Source: a virus. Taken from it: a DNA stretch of 64,000 nucleotides. Below are positions 58,761 to 64,000 of this stretch, piece after piece. Each line of letters opens with the position of its first letter. Position 1 is the first letter of the stretch. Both the position numbers and the translations under genes were made by a program. The stretch is from positions 13,176 through 77,175 of the IMG/VR virus record IMGVR_UViG_3300021338_000004; one strand, written 5' to 3'. A model generated the notes under the pieces. It had not been told where the DNA came from and searched no databases. It saw only the letters and a list, made by a program, of their open reading frames with translations.

Positions 58761-59897
58761 ATGCAGTTACCAGCGCGAAACCATCAGGATCAGCTGATCG
58801 CCATCTTTGCCCACCAGGGCATAACGATTCAGCATGCGTACCGCACAGAGCACGGTATCCCGATCCCAAACTGGCTAAATGAAGACGGCACAGAGTGCGT
58901 GCCCGGTATTTATTTGGGCGTTCCGAACAGCGAGTACCACGCGGCCCCGAACAGCTGGAGCACATCGCAGCTAAAGATCCTCATGCAGGAGACGCCTGCG
59001 CACTTTCACTCAAAATTCCTGGACCCTGAAGCCAAGCAGCTGCGCGAAATGAGCAAAGCTGAAAGCAGCGCAAAGAAAAAAACACTTGCGACCGGCGATC
59101 TAATTCACGCGCTGGCACTGGAACCTCACGCCGTCTACGAGCGCTATTACTGCGCACTAAACCCATCTGACTATCCTCAAGCCTTGCGCACCGACGAACA
59201 GATAAAGCGTGCACTGAAGGCAAAAGGCGAGCCGATGACAAAGTCAGGAGAGAAGAAAGAAGACCGCATCAAACGCCTCCTGGATGTCTGCCCTGATGCA
59301 CAGATCTGGGATGATCTGGTTGCAAATCTAGCCCAGGAAAACGAGGGGAAAGAAAGCGTTGCTTACGCAACATGGCACCTTGCACACCTCGCTATTCAAA
59401 AAACGATGGAGCGCAGCGAATCTGCATTTTTATTGGCAGAAGGCCTGCCAGAGCTATCAATCTTTGCGCGCGATCCCGCAACGGGCTTGATGTTTCGCAT
59501 TCGCCCGGACATCTTGCGAACCAACCTGTGGATGGTGGACGTTAAGAGCACTGCCAGTGCAAGCCCTGATCTTTGGTGCTCAACTGCAAGTCGCTTTGGA
59601 TACCACCTGCAGGAAGCTGTTTACTGCTCAGTCTTTGAGTGGGCCACCAGCATTCCCGCTTCAGGATTTGGCTTTGTTGCCATTGAGTGGGAAAACGCCC
59701 AGATATCCGAACCGTACGACTTCGACCTCGAAACAAAAGAGGATAGCTTGAAGATGTTCATGGACGCGAAAGGCGTTCTGGCAGATTGCTTGGAGAGCGG
59801 AGAGTGGCAAGGCTACACCCGCACTGGCGTCACAACGGTATCCGCGCGGCCATTTTCTCGCCGCTTGCGTTTCCAGGCGGAAGAAGGAGGAGAGTGA
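58761..59897 (+). CDS. recE: RecE/exonuclease VIII-like PD-(D/E)xK nuclease
   Basis: NSEYHA, GDLIHALALEP, RIRPD..VDVKST, YHLQEAVY; adjacent to recT. Confidence 0.85.
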   Translation: MQLPARNHQDQLIAIFAHQGITIQHAYRTEHGIPIPNWLNEDGTECVPGIYLGVPNSEYHAAPNSWSTSQLKILMQETPAHFHSKFLDPEAKQLREMSKAESSAKKKTLATGDLIHALALEPHAVYERYYCALNPSDYPQALRTDEQIKRALKAKGEPMTKSGEKKEDRIKRLLDVCPDAQIWDDLVANLAQENEGKESVAYATWHLAHLAIQKTMERSESAFLLAEGLPELSIFARDPATGLMFRIRPDILRTNLWMVDVKSTASASPDLWCSTASRFGYHLQEAVYCSVFEWATSIPASGFGFVAIEWENAQISEPYDFDLETKEDSLKMFMDAKGVLADCLESGEWQGYTRTGVTTVSARPFSRRLRFQAEEGGE

Positions 59898-59898
59898 C

Positions 59899-60777
59899 AT
59901 GCAATCCCCTTCAAACACAGTTTCTCAAGCACCGATCGACCGGTGCCTTGAGGCACTAAAGAAAGCGCGTGAGAATTTTGCCCGAATTGCGGACGCGCAC
60001 AAGCGCGTCCTCTTTGCAGAAGAGGCAGAATTCGCAAGATCTATCCTGCTTAGAAGCGTCCCCGTTCGCGGGGATCGAAGCGCGTTCAAGCTTTGCTTTT
60101 GCGACCCGGACTCGGTTTACCACGCAATACTTCAGGTGGCAAAAATCGGGGTTACGCTCAACCCCACCGAAGGCCTCGCCTACTTGGTGCCTCGCAAAAA
60201 TCAGCAGCGCGGCGGCATACTGGAGTGTCATTTAGAAATCAGCTACAAGGGCATGATTCAGTTAGCCATTGAATGCGGAACCATCACCCATGTTGTTAGC
60301 GAACAGGTTTTCCAGGAAGACCTGGACAGTGGTGCTTTCCAATATCTCGGCCCCGCTGCAGAACCCATCGTAAAGACCAACCCCTTTTCCTCCAGCAAAA
60401 GCAACACTTCTTCTGTCGGCGTTTGGTGTACCGCTTTCCTGAAATCTGGCGGCGTCATGACGACATACATGCGCCGCGATGAGCTGGATACCGTAAAGCT
60501 CATGAGTTTCAACAAAGATGGGTGGAACAAGTTCTCTTCCGAGTACGAGAAGAAAACCTGTATTCGACGCGCCTTCAAACTATGGCCAAAGCCTCGAAAT
60601 GATGACCGCTTAGCCGCGGCAATTGCGTACATGAACGAAACTGAATCACCGCAATTTTCCGAGCAGCCCCCAGCGCCCCAGCCTCACACAATCGCATCCA
60701 CACAAAACCAAGGCGGCATGGCTGCCATGATTGCTGCCGGCACGCAAGGACGAAGCCATGTCAACCAACACAGATAG
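59899..60777 (+). CDS. recT: RecT-family ssDNA annealing recombinase
   Basis: IGVTLNP...AYLVPR, ISYKGMIQLA, W......EKKTCIRRAFKLWP. Confidence 0.92.
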   Translation: MQSPSNTVSQAPIDRCLEALKKARENFARIADAHKRVLFAEEAEFARSILLRSVPVRGDRSAFKLCFCDPDSVYHAILQVAKIGVTLNPTEGLAYLVPRKNQQRGGILECHLEISYKGMIQLAIECGTITHVVSEQVFQEDLDSGAFQYLGPAAEPIVKTNPFSSSKSNTSSVGVWCTAFLKSGGVMTTYMRRDELDTVKLMSFNKDGWNKFSSEYEKKTCIRRAFKLWPKPRNDDRLAAAIAYMNETESPQFSEQPPAPQPHTIASTQNQGGMAAMIAAGTQGRSHVNQHR

Positions 60778-61249
60778 CCCTACCGAACTGCTGGGACATC
60801 TGCAGATGTCCCCGCTTAACTCCGGTCATCTGGCAGAACTGTGCAGGATCCTGGTTCAGAAGACGGGCGATATCGATCTCCCACAGATTGACCGCCCTTC
60901 GTTGCGCAGTGACGCCCACCAGCACCTTCGCGAAGCGATGGTTAGCCTGGCATTGCTTGATACGGAAGTGACGACACATACGTGTCGAAACCGCATCAAC
61001 GCTGCCCGCCGGGCATCACATGAAGCCTTACATTTGATGCCCTCCTATCGAGAAGCCCAAGCGGCAGTGGATTGGCTTCGCGATTGTGGGGCGCTGGACG
61101 ACGTGAGTTTTGAGCCCGCCGAAGGCTCAAGCCTTTACCCCGATCGCCCCTGCTATATGCGCTGGCTGATCAGCACTCAATTCGAAGGGTTTAAGGCGCT
61201 GCCTTTCCCCGAGCTCAAGAAAAGAATTTCTTCTCAGCTGGATAGCTGA
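60758..61249 (+). CDS. Hypothetical protein
   Basis: Likely start MSTNT with AAGGA RBS. Confidence 0.6.
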   Translation: MSTNTDSPTELLGHLQMSPLNSGHLAELCRILVQKTGDIDLPQIDRPSLRSDAHQHLREAMVSLALLDTEVTTHTCRNRINAARRASHEALHLMPSYREAQAAVDWLRDCGALDDVSFEPAEGSSLYPDRPCYMRWLISTQFEGFKALPFPELKKRISSQLDS

Positions 61250-61256
61250 GTTACCG

Positions 61257-63119
61257 ATGAGGATCATCAACATGCTAACCATTCACAACCCTGAACTGCG
61301 CAAAGCACAGCAACAAAAGCTGTTAAACGAATGGAGTCACCCAGTCGGGACCGCTGTCACCGTTACCGACGATGACGGCAATCAGTTCAACTCTAAAACC
61401 AGCAGCCACCCACGCATGTTGGGCGGCCACACAGCGGTGATCGATCTTGGCGATATTTGCGGGGCATACGCACTGGAGCGCGTACAGCCCTTGGAAGTAG
61501 ATGCGCGGTTACCGGAAGATGGGGATGCCGCCAATGACTGCACATTGGAAGAGCCCAAGATGCGCCCGGAAACAAAAGAACCGCCAGTTACCAAAACGCC
61601 TCGCACATTTGAGCCTCCCGTCGCCAGCTCTGTTCCCGCCTCAGACAAGAAAGAGCCTCTGGCGCCAAGCCCTGCGCCTGATAGCAAAGCAGAACTAAAG
61701 CCTTTGCGCCTGCAGCAGCTGATCGTGCGGAACGTAATGGGCATTGAGGACTACACGCTGGAGCTTGACGGCTCACTCACGCGCGTCACCGGACATAACG
61801 CAGCAGGCAAAACCAGCCTTGTCAGCGCCCTTCTGAGCCTCTTCGGGGGCGGCTCTACCGCTGAAATGATTCACAACGGCGCAGAGCGCGCAGAAATTGT
61901 CGGTGTCATGAGTAACGGCATAGAGGCGCGTAAACGCATCGGTCAAACACGCGGCAAGTCGGGCATCACGGTAAAAGAGAATGGCCGACCGGTGCCTTCG
62001 CCAGCAACCTTTATGAAAACACTGGCGGACATGTGCAACTTAAACCCTCTGGAGTTCGTCCAGGCTAAGCCCGCGCAACAGGTAGAGCTGCTATTTCAAG
62101 CCTTGCCCATGACCATCACTGCAGAGGAACTGCTGGCGCTCACCGGAATTGATGATATTGACTGTGACAATCATGCGCTAAATGTATTGGATGCGGCTTA
62201 TCGACGACTCTATGACTCGCGAACAGGCGTCAATGGCAGTGTCCGAAAGAGCCAGGAAAGCGTTCTGCGAATTGAGCAGTCCCTTCCTGAAGATTGGACC
62301 GACCGAAGCGAACTGGAAGCATCTAAAGCCACCCTTGATAGTGAGTGCGAAACCTTCGATCAACAGCGCCTAAATAAGCATCGCGGTGTCGATCAAGAAG
62401 CAGAGGACGGATATCGCCGCATCAACACAGAGCGCGACGAGAATGTTCGCCAGGTAGATGATCGAATTGCTGATGTGAATCGGCAAATACAGGCACTCCA
62501 GGAGGAGCTTGTATCATTATCCCACGCCAAGAAAGAAACCGATCTTGTGCATGCCAGCAAGTCTCAGCAGATCAAAAGCTGGGCGGAAAGCCAAAAGACT
62601 TTGGCAGATCATGAATGTGAGCAAAACTCGCAAGCCGCCCGCAGCGAAATAGAAAAAATCAACCTCCAGCTGCAGAGCCTTACATCGCACGAAAGCACGC
62701 GACGCATGCTGGACGACGAAAAGGCTGAGCTGACCAAGCTTTTGAGCCAACAAGCCTCGCTAAATGATCGCATCGATGCGATCCGCACTCGCAAAGGCGA
62801 ATTGATCAATGACATCCCAATCGATGGCCTGACTGTAGAAAACGGGGCTTTGATGGCAAACGGCGTGCCGTTCAACATGGTGAACACAGCTGAGCAGCTT
62901 CGTCTGGCTGTAAAGATTGCCGAATTACGCCTGCCTACCGGTCCTGGAGCGCTGCGCCTGATCGTCATTGATCGAGCCGAGTCCATGGACACCAAAACCA
63001 TTCACGAACTCCACAACGCCGCCCGCGTCGCCGACATTCAGCTGCTGCTGGTGGGTACAGATGATTGTGAACTAACAGTAACTCATGGAGATAACGCGCT
63101 ATGCCGTCCAACAGCATGA
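61257..63119 (+). CDS. SMC/Rad50-like AAA ATPase with coiled coil and an extra N-terminal domain
   Basis: Walker A GHNAAGKTS, coiled coil, signature-like NTAEQ, Walker B LIVIDRAE. Confidence 0.85.
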   Translation: MRIINMLTIHNPELRKAQQQKLLNEWSHPVGTAVTVTDDDGNQFNSKTSSHPRMLGGHTAVIDLGDICGAYALERVQPLEVDARLPEDGDAANDCTLEEPKMRPETKEPPVTKTPRTFEPPVASSVPASDKKEPLAPSPAPDSKAELKPLRLQQLIVRNVMGIEDYTLELDGSLTRVTGHNAAGKTSLVSALLSLFGGGSTAEMIHNGAERAEIVGVMSNGIEARKRIGQTRGKSGITVKENGRPVPSPATFMKTLADMCNLNPLEFVQAKPAQQVELLFQALPMTITAEELLALTGIDDIDCDNHALNVLDAAYRRLYDSRTGVNGSVRKSQESVLRIEQSLPEDWTDRSELEASKATLDSECETFDQQRLNKHRGVDQEAEDGYRRINTERDENVRQVDDRIADVNRQIQALQEELVSLSHAKKETDLVHASKSQQIKSWAESQKTLADHECEQNSQAARSEIEKINLQLQSLTSHESTRRMLDDEKAELTKLLSQQASLNDRIDAIRTRKGELINDIPIDGLTVENGALMANGVPFNMVNTAEQLRLAVKIAELRLPTGPGALRLIVIDRAESMDTKTIHELHNAARVADIQLLLVGTDDCELTVTHGDNALCRPTA

Positions 63120-63331
63120 AAGAACAGCTCGCCCCTATTAAGAAAAAGCTCAGCGGCGGTGGCGGGCTTATTTTGAACCGCGATATAGGCGACACACTTC
63201 ACCTTGGTGAAGGCGAAGACGAGATCATCATTACCGTTATGCCAACTACGCGGCGTAGCAAAACAAGCCTTCGCATCCAAGCACCTAAACACATCAAAAT
63301 TGATCGCGGCGAAAATCGACGCCGGTCTTAG
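63101..63331 (+). CDS. Divergent CsrA-like protein
   Basis: GLILNRDIGDTLHLGEG..IIITV...SLRIQAPKHIKIDRGE aligns by eye with the CsrA fold. Confidence 0.65.
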   Translation: MPSNSMKEQLAPIKKKLSGGGGLILNRDIGDTLHLGEGEDEIIITVMPTTRRSKTSLRIQAPKHIKIDRGENRRRS

Positions 63332-63405
63332 GGACGACAGCGAGGCTCATTTTGAGCCTCGCCATTTATCGCTTCAGTCAGCTTAGATAACAAGGACTAC
63401 ATACC

Positions 63406-64000
63406 GTGAATGCCGACACAGTAGATATGAAAGACATGTGGATTCAATTCTCGCTGCAACAATCCCAGCAGCTAGAGGACCAGAAAAACCTTCTTCAGGA
63501 AGCGCTTTCAGTGATTCAAGACCTTATTGGCCTTGAGCAAGATTCCTCGGGCATCGCCGGATACCATCTTAATGGCGCCATTGAGCCCTGGGGGGAGACG
63601 TTTACGCCAGCAAAAGATATGGCTCAGCTCATAATTTCCCATGGGAAAAAAGCGCCAGCCATCCCCCAGAAAGTCCCAGACACTGTAGCGCTTCATCGGG
63701 AACTGGATAAGGCATACCTGGAAGTCAACGCTCTCCAGGATCAACTGAATATTCAAGCAGACATCACCTGCGTGGCAGAAGCGCGGCTCATGTTTATGGA
63801 GAAAAGCATTTCAGACGCGATGCAGGAAAATCCAAGCCAGGTACTCCTGCTGAACGAGATGCTAAACGCCGCTCAGGAGCGCTACAAAACACTGCCACCC
63901 ACGCCCCGCCTTACTTTATCTGGGGCAACCAAAATACAGCAGGCAACGGCCTTGGCGTTTAGCTATGCCCTGGGCGACAGTAATGGCCTGCCTCTGGAAA
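63406..64000 (+). CDS. Hypothetical protein, truncated at the window end
   Basis: Open frame from GTG 63406 (AAGGA RBS) to the end with no stop. Confidence 0.6.
   Translation, partial: MNADTVDMKDMWIQFSLQQSQQLEDQKNLLQEALSVIQDLIGLEQDSSGIAGYHLNGAIEPWGETFTPAKDMAQLIISHGKKAPAIPQKVPDTVALHRELDKAYLEVNALQDQLNIQADITCVAEARLMFMEKSISDAMQENPSQVLLLNEMLNAAQERYKTLPPTPRLTLSGATKIQQATALAFSYALGDSNGLPLE

Overview
This 64 kb window is part of a P1-like (Punavirus-related) myovirus phage-plasmid, probably of a gammaproteobacterial host. From 1 to about 44.3 kb, almost all on the minus strand, is the late region: a DarB/DdrB/DdrA/DarA/Hdf antirestriction virion-cargo cluster, P1-type tail, baseplate and capsid genes (interrupted by a parAB cassette), a large putative receptor-binding protein, a tyrosine recombinase with a 34-bp lox-like site, PacA/PacB terminase and a holin-SLT endolysin-spanin lysis cassette. 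From about 44.5 to 64 kb is an early/accessory region: two CsrA homologues, an iteron/DnaA-box origin with a distant TrfA-type initiator, a PAPS-reductase-family gene, a Ref-like nuclease, RecE/RecT and an SMC-like ATPase. The most notable unexplained structures are: (1) an array of very short attC-like hairpins delimiting integron-style gene cassettes at 52.7-54.5 kb, with no integron integrase in view; (2) a recurring hydrophobic-hydrophobic-D-[S/G]-A motif in capsid-associated proteins, which suggests an Asp-specific prohead protease and a DarB polyprotein; (3) a putative +1 frameshift (CCC_TTT_CGG) in the tail assembly chaperone; (4) a late-promoter family TTGATG-N20/21-(T/C)AnnnT, one copy of which points into an apparent ncRNA; (5) a dispersed palindrome TTTCCCATGGGAAA, a candidate parS. 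P1 gene names rest on synteny and recalled motif similarity, not on database searches.
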